From assembly GCA_002104905.1 (NCBI GenBank), contig MCFE01000112.1:1-64000 (forward strand): a stretch of DNA of 64,000 nucleotides, in the 5' to 3' direction. This DNA is from Basidiobolus meristosporus CBS 931.73. Lineage: Eukaryota > Fungi > Basidiobolomycota. This document shows positions 1 through 12,792 of this stretch, piece after piece. The notes under the pieces are model-generated. The model ran no database searches. It was not told the origin of the DNA and saw only the letters and a program-made list of their open reading frames with translations. The position numbers and the translations under genes were made by a program. Position 1 is the first letter of the stretch, and every line of letters begins with the position of its first letter.

Positions 1-213
1 GAATTATGGGCAGTGGTGATAGAACCATATAATACATACAGAGGCTGTCATTCCAGCGCATGTGTTTTATATGTTACAGGTTTCCTCAATAAAGTCCATA
101 ACAGAATGTATCTAATAATACTCACTTTATGCCCTCAGTTTAACCTTATTATATAGCCTCCCATGCTATATAGCGGCCTATGCAACTAACTTATTTCTCA
201 GCTATTTTTCAGC

Positions 214-711
214 ATGCGCTCTACTACCATAACAGTGATTCTAGGCCTTGCCGCTCTTCAAGTTGCCGTTGCTGCCCCAATCGGCTGTTCTTCTCCATGC
301 ACTCGCGAGTATAGAAGGGTACATTATCGCAGCTTACCATGTGCACAGTATGCGAGCGATTGCCACCAAAACGTTCGAGTTTTGCCTGTCGTTAAGACGA
401 CGAATGTCCAATCCCCGTTATTGCGCCAGGTTTTCACCACCGTGACCAGAAAGCACGATAACCTGAACATTGCTAACGCCAACAGCAACAAAGGCTTCAA
501 TGTCAAGTATCAAGCAGGGCCCAGTCTCGAACTGGAGGGTGGGGCCAACGCATTAGAATACGCCAAGCAAAAGGGAGCGGAACACTCGGAAGATAGTTCT
601 TTCTCTCCCTACGTTCTGATGCAGCCCACTCAAGATGTACAATACACGGCCCCTGTCGCAGAAATGCAATGCGTAGAAGATTGCCCAGAGCAAAATGTTC
701 AATACAATTAG
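214..711 (+). CDS. Secreted protein, family A (divergent outlying paralog, 165 aa)
   Basis: ATG start, hydrophobic signal peptide ending in AAP, 4-Cys N-terminal block, core PLLRQVFTTVTRKHDNLN...GPSLELEG shared with array A genes; tatata upstream and aataaa downstream. Confidence 0.8.
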   Translation: MRSTTITVILGLAALQVAVAAPIGCSSPCTREYRRVHYRSLPCAQYASDCHQNVRVLPVVKTTNVQSPLLRQVFTTVTRKHDNLNIANANSNKGFNVKYQAGPSLELEGGANALEYAKQKGAEHSEDSSFSPYVLMQPTQDVQYTAPVAEMQCVEDCPEQNVQYN

Positions 712-1089
712 TGCGGCGACAATGCTTCAAATGTAGGTAGCCATCACCACACTATTACTGAAAATCTCCAATCAATAAAATTGAAATGACATTCTTATAT
801 TTATTGTTACTTGTGGTTATCATTAACTGGGTCTCCAGTGCTTTTTACTTGCACACACCTGTATCATTATCAGAACTGCGGGCATTAATATTAGATATTC
901 ACTTACGTACTAACATACTCACCCTCAGTCTTTAGTGATGCTGCCCTCCACCGAAAAGTTTGATATTAGAGAGAATGTCTGGCAGGGTTACCGGATTGAC
1001 TTCGATTCGAGATTGACAGACTGCCCAGTGACTGTTAGCATTGTAATAATTCCTCTTATCATTTTTGTGCAAGCTAAGAGTAAAATAGA

Positions 1090-1171
1090 TGATGAGGGTG
1101 GGGTTCGAACCCACGCCTCCGAAGAGACTGCGACCTGAACGCAGCGCCTTAGACCACTCGGCCACCTCACC
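1090..1171 (-). tRNA. tRNA-Leu(CAG): tRNA-Leu(CAG), 82 nt, no intron, no encoded CCA
   Basis: Reverse complement reads GGTGAGG...TGGCCGAGTGGTCTAAGGC (D arm), CTGCG-TT-CAG-GT-CGCAG (anticodon arm), long variable arm, GGTTCGAACCC (T arm), CCTCATC-A; a TTTT Pol III terminator follows. Confidence 0.97.
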
Positions 1172-1794
1172 AGCTTGTACTTGGACCTTACGAAAGAGTT
1201 TGAAAGGAAATATTCTTGAAGTACTACAATCACTCGAAGCAAGCATCATAAAGTATCTTTACCTACTGTTTTGTCGTTACCCATCAGTGTCTTTTCATAA
1301 CGAAGATATGGCAATTGAATTTACGATCAATAAATACAAAATCCCGGGTTTGGCAGACTAAATTAAACTGAAATTCAATGGATGCCTCAAAGACGAAGTA
1401 CATAGATCTTTTCCTATGGAATGGTCAATAAACCAGTTGTAAACGGAGCAATTGTCTAGATGATACTGAGTAGTGAGTAATGGTCGTTCAAGACACTGCT
1501 GTTATCGATGCACAGATGTAAGAGATATGGCTTAGTGATGAATCCAATCCAAGAAAAGTGCTACTTTATACCGGATGAACTAGACTGTTTAAATCATCCC
1601 TGGGTTCTTCCCAAGCGTGATTAATATTCAAGCTGCATGTTGTGTGACTTACAAACCAAGAAGGTATAATAACGAATATAAAGGCCGTAGAGGAGTGTCT
1701 ACAGCCAGCAAATTTGTTTAGTTGGCTAATGTGCATATTAAACGACTACTAGAGGCAAATGTGAATATCAATCATCATTAAACAGCTACTATGA

Positions 1795-1880
1795 GTGGGA
1801 TTATCATCACTCAGCCAGCATGAAGTATAAGAGATCTGCTCGTCGCCACTTCAAAGATACTAGGATTAGCAATAGAAAAT
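1795..1880 (+). pseudogene. Family C 3' remnant
   Basis: atcatcactcagccagc...aagtataagagatctgct...cacttcaagat matches the family C C-terminus (IITQPA..KYKRSAH.YFKI) and sits upstream of an A paralog as in the array. Confidence 0.6.
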
Positions 1881-2130
1881 AAAGACGAAATATAAGGTTT
1901 GGTCACGGCGAGTTCCATCAAATAATAGAAGAAAATTAAAAAAATATGAAACTATGGACATGTGTTAGGAGAATGCAAAATACGGATGACACTCAAACAG
2001 CATTGTAATAGTGTGAGTAATGACCTGATTGGTCAACGAATGGCGAGATACGAAATATATAATAGCATTTTGGCCAGCTAAACCATATCATATACTATAT
2101 AACAGCCCACAAATACGTTATCCACTCCAC

Positions 2131-2535
2131 ATGCGCTTTATTACCGTGGCAGTAATTCTAGGCCATGCCACCATTCAAGATACCGTTGATGCCCCAATCG
2201 GCTGTCATACTCCATGCACTCGCGAGTATAGAGGGGTTCATTATCGCAGCTTACCATGTGCACAGTATACGAACGATTGCTACCAAAACGTTCGAGTTTT
2301 GCCTGTCGTTAAGACGTCGAATGTCCAATCCCCGTTATTGCTTCAGGTTTCCAGCACGGTGACCAGAAAGCACGATAGCCTGAACATCGTTAATGCCAGC
2401 AGCAATAAAGGCTTCAACGTCAAGTATCAAGTAAGACCCAGTCTCGACCTGGAGGGTGGGGCCAACGCGCTGGAATACGCCAAGCAAAAGGAAGCGAAAA
2501 CCCAGATAATAGCTCTTCATATCTCTACGTTCTGA
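2131..2535 (+). pseudogene. Family A paralog with a 3' frameshift (ATG at 2131, not 2029)
   Basis: Closely similar to 214..711 up to AKQK, then a 1-nt deletion shifts the frame; the homologous sequence continues out of frame to about 2600. Confidence 0.7.
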
Positions 2536-3489
2536 CGCAGTCCACCCAAGTTGTACAATACACAACCCCTCGGCAGAGGCAGAACAACACGTTCAATACA
2601 ATTGGTGTGCTGACAGTTCCCCCCAACAGATAAATCAACCTAAACTGAGGATATTGCGTAGGCAAAACAAATAAACATTCTTTGCACGACTACTCTACTC
2701 TCACAGTCTCATTGACTATCAATCCGTCGCAGATACAGTGTACTGGTCCAAAAAAATCGACAGACACAAAAGGCATAAGGGCACTCCGCATTTGGTTGGT
2801 GGCAGGATGAACTAACGATAGAGAAGTCCAAACAGCGTTGTGTATCAACAACCGCATTTGAAGATACTCTTGGATGTCAGTAAGCTCTTGTGAGCGCCAT
2901 GTTCAATGTTTACATACTTATTCCATCGAACTTTAAAATAAATGTATCGATTTTGGGAGTTGAATTGCCGTTTAAGTCAACATACCATTGTCTTATTAGT
3001 GAGACGCAAAACGACTCGTACTACGATTTCTCAAGCAAGGGCTTGAAGCGTGCACACAGGAATGGCACTGTTCTTACGTAGTTGGTTATTTCATTGTCAA
3101 TTACTCTAGTCCGGAGTAGTATATATAATACTGTTATTTTCGTCGATTTCAATATTATGGGATTAGGCAACGAAATGAGTGAAAATTTCTAACGAATTTT
3201 TTCCTATAAATAAAGAGCATCTTCTTTACAGGATTATGTATATAGTACATTCCCAGTACGCTCATTCTGACAGCTTGCTGTTATCCAACTATCATTCAAA
3301 ATATCAATTTATATTGCTACAAAATCACATTGAAAAGAAAAATGCTTAAAATTTTGTTTGCAAAATGACATACTTGTTTGATTACGATTACAGTTTTCTG
3401 ATCTTTAAAATCAAAATTCATAACTGAATGTTTAAGCGGACACACAACTTTGCATAAAAATCGGAAAAGAGTAAGTCGATAGTATCACT

Positions 3490-3770
3490 TTGTTGTAGCG
3501 CCTACTGATGACCATCCAGTCAGACTTGCCAACCTCTGACTGCTCCAGTGCACTTGGTTTTAATTGCTCTGTTGCCAGCCTCACGCGTTCCCCAAGTCTG
3601 TAATAACCTTGCCATCTCGCAATTACTTGAAGATGCCCATGTCAACACTAGGCTCTAAAAAACATGGATAGAAATCATCAGCAGGGACCCACTACTCAAG
3701 CCTTCACCCAACCAGTTCTCCAGAAGCTTGAGCTACAGATTGACGCCACTCTACCCAACTGTTAACTTAT
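3490..3770 (+). mobile_element. LINE-like remnant
   Basis: ctactgatgaccatccagtcagacttgccaacctctgactg nearly matches 41290-41340 in the LINE at 41.3 kb; a broken LK.FTQPVL motif lies near 3695. Confidence 0.5.
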
Positions 3771-4429
3771 TCGAAAATCAAAATGAAGGGGCTAAGAGTT
3801 ATTTATTGCAATGCTTTAATATGTATTATCAACGCTTTAAGCTTCCTTTGCTGTTCCTCCCTACGGATTCTCGTATATTGCACAAGAATATGTAAAACAT
3901 TTGATGTTGTAGTACGCACTGGGCGGGTTACTGTATTGATATATGGACCAAGTAGATCCATACCACACCCACATACCTCAGGAATGACTGTATGGTGACA
4001 CTCCTGCATACGCAAGCCTTTCATAATAATTTTGGTCAATAATTATCTGTGCCGGGGCATAGGTTCAGTGGGGGGGGGGTAAAAAGAGGCATTGTAATTA
4101 TCAACTAGCTCAATTCCCTAGTACTACAGACACTATTTCAATGTCATTTCCGGGTGAAGTCCTCACTCCGGTCCAAACGCCTACGTGTTCTCTTTAAAAT
4201 ATGCCTTTCTTTGCTGTATACCACAATCCCATCTCAATAACTATGGTCAATGGGTAGGCAGATGCTCCAAAGAAAATGCGCAATCCGGAAGAAAAGTGTT
4301 TGACACCGTTATTCTGGAGATTACCAACTCAATTTTCTATAGCTCATCTTATGACGCAGTAGCGCAGAAGATCTACGCAATGATTCATCAGAAAGTGTGG
4401 AGTTTGCCTAGCATATGAACGCAGACACT

Positions 4430-7400
4430 GAAATATTGAGGATGCGTAGTGTTACCGTACATCTATTTCTCATCTAACAAGACTTCATGGAAATGAATGA
4501 ACAAACCTGCAGTGTTAGATGTACTGGCATTGCTTTCAGTTTTCTTCCTACTGTTGCAGTGACTGCATCCTCAATCTGGGTCTATCATCTCAGCTTGCCA
4601 CTGCACCTACAATGCCAATACTTAGCCCACAGCTGATGCAACACTTTGGAGACTCAAACAACCTGAAAGTTCGAGCTTTGAAATATAGACTGATGGCCTG
4701 ATTGAATAACTGATGTGCTTTGACTAGGATAATGACTATAATTCTGACAATGATGAGCACTTGTCAATCCATAGAATGGAGAAGCCCTATTAACCAGACA
4801 GCTGTGCCCAGTGCTGCTATCACAGCACTTCATACTGCTTAGTTGGTTTGGGCACCTGAGGAATACAAAGTGAAACATTGGTAGCTTACATTGCTCACTC
4901 CTCCAGTACTCAGTTGTGCAGCCTTGAATGACAGCATCTATATGGCCAATAGGATGACTTATTCTACTTCAGGCAAGGCAAAAATGGCAAAACCAGCACT
5001 ATTCAAAAGTCTAGGAATTAAACTAAGCAACAGACTTGAGATGTCCAAGGTGTAGTGACACAACTTGCAAAGTAAAAGCAACTGCTTGTAGGCTGAAGAA
5101 GTATTTAGGCTCTTGTGAGGACACAAATAGCTGAACATAAGTAAATTTGATGAAAATAAGAGTGGTTGTGCATATTATAGAGTATAATGTTTCAAGAGTC
5201 TTATAGTAGAAGTGAATGGGAGAACAAGTAGAATTTGCGGTCTGCTCCTGATCATTCATCAAACATAAGAGTATTATCTATACTTCAGCATGGTCTTAAC
5301 AATGCAAACATGAAGAATACAATTATGATGGTTCCATGAACATGTGTGCAAAGTTTGGGGCTGTTATGACAACTCTCAGATATTTCACGTCTTAGGTATC
5401 TGGTACTTGTGCTGGGTGACTCTATACAAGGTCAATGGCAAGAGCTCTCAAAGATATGTAAGGCATAACCTAGGTGTGCAGAAAGCATGGATGTTACATT
5501 GCTATGAGATATATCAGACCTAGAACTCATGTGATAATCAGATGGTATTCTGCCAATATTCCAATGATATTTTGCTGGCATTGTGCTGGTGTTTTTCCTC
5601 TAGGTTTCTAGCTGCAACTTTAGGGGCAAGTAGAGAGTAGTTGATGATCAGATGTGGTATTAATTCCAGTTGGTCTTGTCTCCACCTGAAAAGTATGTCT
5701 GCCAAATAGCTAGTACCTTTTATGTACCTTACATGGTGATAGCTGTAAGCTTAGTGAGACTTGGAGCTCAACTGATATGCTACAGTATGCAATGGTTCTT
5801 CCTCTCAAAGTATGAAAACTATAAGAAAAATGAGAAGGATGCAAAAAGCATCAACAACAGTATACATTATCCAACTAAGCTCTCTGGCAGCTATTTCTCA
5901 TTGTGAACAAACTACTGTACTGAAGTTCAAGAGCAGCACCAAATGGGCTTACAGTAAGTGCCTATGCTAGTCAACAGACCCCTATTTGTATACACTTACT
6001 GCCAAGAAGGTCACCCTATATACCTGAAAAGTGACAAGTGACATCAGCAATGCAAGCACAATAGGGTGATGATAGCTGCATATCAGTGAATAACAACAGC
6101 AAAGTAGTGCTCCCTTTGCTGTAGCTGTACTTTGTTCCCTCTGATCAGCAAGTGATGCATACAGCTGGGCCAAAAATATGTAAAGTGCATGCAGGTATTA
6201 CCACACATAGTTAGGTACCCTATATAGTGCTGACTGCTATGCATCAACATTTAAACTTTGCCAATTTTACTCCATTAGATAATCTAGTACCCCAAGCAAC
6301 TTTCCTTAACCCAAGCATAACTAATCCCTGTTATGGTTTATTTTATTACTTCTCAGAATCTATTTTTAGCTGTCACAAATGATCAACTTTCATGTGGTCA
6401 TTATGTCCTCAACTGATATACCAAGCCTTTGCAATTGATTAGCCATCTGAGATCTATCCAACCACTTAGCAGTTACCAAGACATCAGCTGATCAATGATG
6501 CAATTTTCCTTTATCTTATGCACCTATCAACATCCAAACTGGTTTCAATTAGTCTAGTCTCTTGGCACATACTAACTCAACTTGATCAGAAAAATAGTAG
6601 CCAAGCTTACTGGACCTTTTGGTTTAGTGTGTGTCTCAACCAAATTTAGATTGTGTCTCAGCAAAATCAAGAATTCAACAATTCTGATCTAGTTACTATC
6701 CAAGCCTAGCATATCTAGCACTCCCAAGAACACCAAGACTAGCCTGCATAGCAAACCAACTATGTTGCCTTTATAGCCAAACCCAGCAACATACAAGACC
6801 AATATTAGACCAGAACCTCTCTGCTAATATTTCCTCCACTCTCTGACAACTCTAAGATTCTGCACTTAGTTGTCACTTAGGTTCAGTTAAACCATTCAAG
6901 AGTCTTATTATACCTTTCTCTTAAATGCAACACTGTCTTACTTTGTCTGCAGAGTTGTTTGATCTTGCACTACCTTATTGTAGGCTACCTATAATGCAAT
7001 ATTATTATATTGTGTTTATATCCTTTGATGTTATTTATGGACAAGAACTGTTGAAAGAAGGACATGCAATAGTGCACTAAAGGCATGCACATATTCAGCT
7101 GCTCAATGTCATTCATATATTACATTCCTGTGGCAATAATGCCAAGAAATCTTGCAGTTTCTATCATGTGTGCATTTCCATGGATAGCATCAGCTCTGAA
7201 GTCGTAGGTGCACATTTATGTTATGACCAGGCTAAAAAAAGAGCTCCTGATGCACCTTTGGTAGCTATCCTTCAGTTGAAGATCAGTTTTGTGCACACTG
7301 ATGGTATTCTGGGCATAAATACTACATCTTTGCAATACAGGTATTGGAGCACTTAGCTTATAATCTTTATACCTCTGATATGGCATATATCTGTGAGTAT

Positions 7401-10120
7401 ATAGGTGTTTTGGAGTCAATGATGTGACCACAAAGTAGGTTACTATGGTTCTGTGCTGAGAGAACATCTCTAGATGACATTATGTCTTTAGTGATATACT
7501 TGACTGCTAGATTGTATTCAACTAATCTTTGTGACAAGGAAAGTTAAAGACCTGCTGATAAAGCTGCTTTTGTTGCTTTTAACAGGTGCACACTTGTATC
7601 CTTGGGTATTTTCAGTGGCTGTCCCTTGAGTTGAAGCTCAGATACTGAGGTACCAAAGGGAGTTCTGGCCAAACATGCTCTATGCAATTGCTATAAATGT
7701 CAGAGCAGTAAATACTTCTATTACTTATTAGTAGCTACAGAGTATTTCAGTGAAGATAGATCTGTGATGTTAAAGTCCATTATTACCCACAAAGCACTTA
7801 ACTCTTTTGGAGGAGCTAGATACATATTTATTTCACTGGCCATCTAAAGCTACTTTACTCTGAGTTCACTGGAAGCATTGGGTGTCATATGTTGACAGTG
7901 TAGGAGAAAGTGCCCAGAAGCTGCCAACCAATGGCAGTTTGATGCATCTACTGATTTTATGTAAGGAGCTTTCAACAAGACCTGGGAGGTTTTGCTGCAA
8001 GCATAAGGATGCAGATATAGATCTTGGATGTATGGTTTCTCTGCTTTTTACTTGATGCTTAGAGAGCATAGATGTTTGTTCACCTAGAGTCTCCTAAGGT
8101 GTGGATATGTAAGGAGATAGGAAGAAGAACAATTTAAAGGTTCTGCCACATTCAAGTCCCATGAGAAATACATCATTCAAGTATATCTGCAATCCAAAGA
8201 GTGACTGATGAAGGAACATCAAGTACAGTGGACAAGAAGCAAGCAAATATCCCATTTGCATTAAGAAGCACAACATCCTCAGTAAATGTGTAGTAAGTCA
8301 AATTAGGCAAGGCCTGGCTTGGCACAGCAACCAAGTATTACTTCCAAAGACAACCATATTAAAGTATGCCAGGTAACTCTTGCATGCCAGCCAACTTGAA
8401 TACCTTTTGAAAAGCAATTTACACAAAAAGAAATGGGATTACAGGTGACCAGAATGGAGTAGGGAAAGGAAGTCTATTAGCCAGGAGTCTGGGAGTATTT
8501 TGAGATATTAAGCAGATACTCTTTGCCAAGTGATGGCAGCTAGATGTACATTTGTAAAAGGCAGATTTTACCAGCAATGCAAGGCATACAGTAAGTTTAC
8601 AAGTATTACACTGAGAAGACTGGGAGCATACTGCACTCTGTGACACAGTATGGCACTATAAAGCTGCAATCACTCAGTTGTACTGTACATGAGCAGGAAT
8701 TCTTTGCAGTGGTGCTGATGTATTCAAGGTTGGACTATAATTTGTTTATTCACTCATCTTAGTGGTCCATAACCATCCCTTGTGATGGATGTCTACTTGT
8801 ATGGATACATTGAGCATTAACTAGAACCTTGATTATTTGGTCTAGCTAACTATTCTCTCATAACTTCTCTGCTGCCAGTATCATTAATTCTGAATACGGT
8901 TCTTTGCCCATTTCTTTATGAATACCACAATGCAGCTACTGCTTGGGTAGTGCCCTTGCTGATACCTGATGTTTTCCTGCTTTGTACTCATGGCTCCCTG
9001 GCTGACTATCAGCATGCTCTTGAGAGGTCTATTGCCTTTTGGTTTAATGTCCCTGCCATTTAGTGACTGAGAGTTTATAGCATTGCTAATATATTCCCTT
9101 AGTGTATCAGTTATAAACTGACATTCACCTACTTGCCTGGCTCCTGAATACTGCATGGAGAGCAGGTCATGTGTAAATCACCTGGCTTTGGGTCCTGATC
9201 ATCTAGGAGCACCCTGGCTGCAAGACAGTGACATGGCAGATATTTGATGGCATCTTATATATTGGTACACTCAAGTTCAAAATATTCAGCAGCTTCTTAT
9301 GTCACTGTTATCTTCAAGTTGGGGTCTTGATGTATGCTTCATTGCCTCATGCCCCCTTGCTGTGATAAACACTTCTACAAGCTTAGTTTATGGCCACATT
9401 GTCTCACCCAAAAGAATATGCAATTCACATGCATTGCCAGATAAAAAAAAGCATCACAGTACCACTTGTGATTCTTCCTTGCAGCAAAAGTACTGTGATG
9501 TCTACTAGGGATGGTATTTGCTCAAAGGTTTTGGTTGAGGGAGATATTTGTTTTGAGTATATTGCAAATTATTGCACCATTGAAAGGCTTGAAGGCTTTT
9601 AGTCAGGCAACAAGATGTCATGGGTGCTTCAACATATAGGGGTAGCAACTCAGAGTAATGGGTTGTGTGAGCCTCATGTCCAGATATCTATCTGGAAAGA
9701 GCTTTGGTTTTAGATTGTCAACCTCCAAGAACTTCAAGTCAAGGCTTGTTTCTGCAAGGCCCTGAATTCAGGTCTCAGATGATTAGAGCATCAGGCCTTG
9801 ATTTTAGTCTGACAGAGCCACAAATAGAGGTTTGGCCATTATAAGCCCAATGTCAAGGCTTTTTCTAATGTAATCAGTGAGCTGCAGTACTAGATAGATT
9901 AGTGCCTCAAGTTGAGACACCTAAAGAGTGGAATGTTAGATTAAGAGCTTTTGCAAATACAAACACCAAGCTAAGGCTCTCATTGGACAGACACCTCCAA
10001 TCACTCCTTTTGCAAGTAAAAGCCTCACATTCACTGAGGGCCTGGATGTGAGCCTGAAGTTAGATTTCAGCATAAAAGATTCTCCATTGGTGTTTTTTAG
10101 TCACTGAGGCTTGTGCTTGC
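4430..10120. mobile_element. CpG-depleted, ORF-poor block, probably a mosaic of decayed transposons
   Basis: About 4 CG dinucleotides counted in 4981-10080; no long ORF; sharp transition to normal CpG at both edges. Confidence 0.6.
8400..9650 (+). mobile_element. Degenerate non-LTR retrotransposon (APE endonuclease + RT) remnant
   Basis: Motifs in the expected order across frames: TGDQN (8441, cf. GDFN), SRLDY (8724), ALGPD (9185, cf. APGPD), VTVIFK, CPLAVINT.YK (9350, cf. RPIALLNT.YK), KAF (9592). Confidence 0.45.
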
Positions 10121-10124
10121 AGAC

Positions 10125-10260
10125 TATAGGCATATTGATGGATGCTCTGACCAAGATACACAGTACACAGAGCCCATGGAAGATACCCTGTATGGCAATG
10201 AGTGTGCTAAACAAAATGAGCACTACATTGAGTCTGTGGAATGAACTTAAAGCTGTTAGA
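10125..10260 (+). pseudogene. Family A 3' remnant (C-terminal repeats), left edge of the array
   Basis: ggatgctctgaccaagatacacagtacacagagcccatggaagat matches the A repeat; truncated on the left by the CpG-depleted block. Confidence 0.7.
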
Positions 10261-10612
10261 TTTGCGTTGATTAAATATTACTTGCTTAATATGTAGTAGC
10301 AGAAGTATGATCCATGCCAGCACAAGAACAAGAGTAAGGTTAGAGCAGAATAAAGCAGTCCCGCAATATCAGCCACTAGTACCTTTCTGAGTAGCCAAAA
10401 TGGATAAGTCAGCTGGCGCAGATAGTTGATACAATATCTAGTCGAGTTCCTGAGAGCTGTAAAACGATGGACTCCAGTATTTTGGCATATATGGCATTGT
10501 GCGGAGACTGCTCTACTTGCTAATTGCTTACATGAATAGGAGTAGTAATGACTACATGATCCATTAGCCTATTTATTGTGGTGGGATCACAATAGTATTA
10601 AGCCTATTCATA

Positions 10613-10900
10613 TCATTAGCTGTCTCTGTATCTACGTCTACGGTAACATGATGTCTGATCGTCATCTTCACTCGAGTCTTGGTTTTCATCCTTGTCGGGA
10701 GTAAATGATTGCACATATGTCAACGTAGATGGTTGGAAAGTGCCTGAGCATTCTGTGCGGAGTTAGTTTAAACATTGTCCAACAAGGGATGGGGACTCTA
10801 GCTGGCATCGATGGTTCAGTCTCATGGTCTACTTATTGGTTGTCATGTGTAGCTATGGGTGTTGCAAAATACACACCGAATAGGATGAAGTGCTGTGAGC
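10613..10900 (-). pseudogene. Family B' pseudogene
   Basis: Homologous to B (tctacgtctacgg, gatggttggaaagtgcctgagc) with internal deletions and no intact start. Confidence 0.7.
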
Positions 10901-11499
10901 ATGAAGGTTTTGACAGAAGTATTCTTATTGCTTGTTCTACGCTGTTTCTTCCTGATATCAGTTGGTGTAATGTGTTGGATAGCCTACAGAGATAGCGATT
11001 TTGTGATGGGATTTATTATGACATCAACAAAAATAAATAAACAATCCTCTTCAATTTTGATCTTGCTTTACCACCTTGGAAGGGACAAACTAAAATGACT
11101 CATACTACGCCTTTTCAAGCTATGGCTTGAGGTGAGAACACAGGAATGGCTTCGGTCTTACGTAGTTCTTGATTTCATAGTTTTAGAATGCTAAGCTAAT
11201 CTGGTTATATAGCAACCTGTAGCAATCTTTGTGAGTGTTTTGGGATATCTTCACCAGCCATCAGTCGATAGTATACTGAGCCAGATTTACGATGCATTGC
11301 ATCAACTACCTTAGGTAGGTTTAGCAAAAATGCAACTCTCCATCACTTCATATATCGCCTCTACCCAATTGACCTCTATTGCACCAGATAAATCTTCAAG
11401 TCGGAACATTAACCGAGGGTTGTGTTGATTTGAAATTATAGAGTCATAAGAGTAGTGATAGCCAAGGGTATCAATGTGTATTCATCATAAGATTATCAC

Positions 11500-11869
11500 A
11501 ACTATATGGATGTGAATGAGGGCAAAGATGAAGGCGAAGGTGAGGACTCGATAGATGACACTTCAACTCAGCCAGAGTCATCCTACAACATGACAAACTG
11601 CAATATAGCCGATATGCAGCCAAGACAGGCCTTGTTGGACAGAGTGAACGCTCACTCATCCAGTGATGCTGATGCCCTGTCGAACTCTAATCAGTTTGAC
11701 CAAGCGCAGGTTGTCGACCAAACCCTCTATCAGCCTAAGCAGCAACAGCCCCTAGATCATCATCACCCAGCCAACCGCCCGTAGCCATGTTGGACGCCAG
11801 AAGTACAAGAGATCTGCGCATAAGTACTTCAAGATCAGATATTTCAGTGGGAATCGATACATTGAATAA
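11500..11869 (+). pseudogene. Family C pseudogene (5' half lost, frameshift)
   Basis: MDVNEGKDEGEGED...DQTLYQPKQQQ matches C; signal peptide missing; frameshift at cagcccctagatc. Confidence 0.8.
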
Positions 11870-12166
11870 ATAAACATTTCATTTGGTCACCCTATATTAA
11901 TATGAAACATCATCAGCCGTGGTTCGTGAATTACCACACTACTGCTGAAATATCAAAAGCATATGCGTATATATTAGGGTATATATTGGTGTATTTATCA
12001 GTGTATTTATCGTGTTGTTACCCAATCAAGTACGCGATATCAATGCGATTGAGCCGATGATGACAGAGCGAATGCTAATTTTCAATCTGATAAAGTGCGA
12101 GTTCATCAAAGTTAACTAACTATTGCTACCATCAACGTTGTAACCATGTTATAATGGTTCCCATGC

Positions 12167-12173
12167 TATATAT
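12167..12173 (+). promoter_or_regulatory. TATA-like box of family A genes
   Basis: atgcTATATATtcc about 41-47 nt upstream of the ATG, conserved in all array A copies. Confidence 0.55.
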
Positions 12174-12213
12174 TCCCGAGTGTACTTGGCAATGAACTCA
12201 GCAGTTCTCAAAG

Positions 12214-12792
12214 ATGCGTGCATTCATTGTATCATTGATCTTGGGCCTTGCCTCTCTTCAAGCCGCCGTTGCTGCTCCAGTCCCATGCTCCGAATCATGC
12301 AACCGTGAGCATAGAAGAGTCCGTTATCGCAGGTATTCATGCTCGGACCAAGAAAGCAACTGCTACCAGCAAGTCCAGGTTCAGCCCACTGTTGAAACGC
12401 CAAATATCCAAGTGCCATTGTTACGTCAGGTGTTCACCACCGTGACCAGAAAGCATGACAATCTGAACACTGCCAACGCCAACAGTGACAAGAGTCTCGA
12501 TGTTCAGTTTCAAGCAGGTCCTAGCCTCGAAGTAGAAGGCTCAGCCAGCGCATCCGAGTACGCCAAACAGAAGGGTGCTGAACACTCCGAAGATGGCTCT
12601 GGTTACCCCATTGTTATGGTTCAGCCTGCGCAAGATGAGACATACTCCACACCAGTAGTGGATACCCAATGCATCGAAGGATGCTCTGACCAAGATACAC
12701 AGTACACTGAGCCCATGGAAGATGTTCAATGTGGCGATAACTGTGCTAATCAGGACCCACAGTATACTGAGCCCATGGAAGACACTCAATGA
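12214..12792 (+). CDS. Secreted protein, family A (192 aa)
   Basis: Signal peptide MRAFIVSLILGLASLQAAVA, C-x3-C-x12-C-x6-C with RRVRYRRY, C-terminal 20-aa Cys/acidic repeats; five near-identical intact copies. Confidence 0.88.
   Translation: MRAFIVSLILGLASLQAAVAAPVPCSESCNREHRRVRYRRYSCSDQESNCYQQVQVQPTVETPNIQVPLLRQVFTTVTRKHDNLNTANANSDKSLDVQFQAGPSLEVEGSASASEYAKQKGAEHSEDGSGYPIVMVQPAQDETYSTPVVDTQCIEGCSDQDTQYTEPMEDVQCGDNCANQDPQYTEPMEDTQ

Noticed and set aside
932-1361. ORFs 932..1249, 988..1242 and 1089..1361
   Set aside because: They are shadow frames over the tRNA-Leu gene.
8419-8646. Minus-strand RLLANRL as a LINE RT domain
   Set aside because: No further RT motifs follow in order on that strand; the plus strand gives a better ordered APE-RT motif series.
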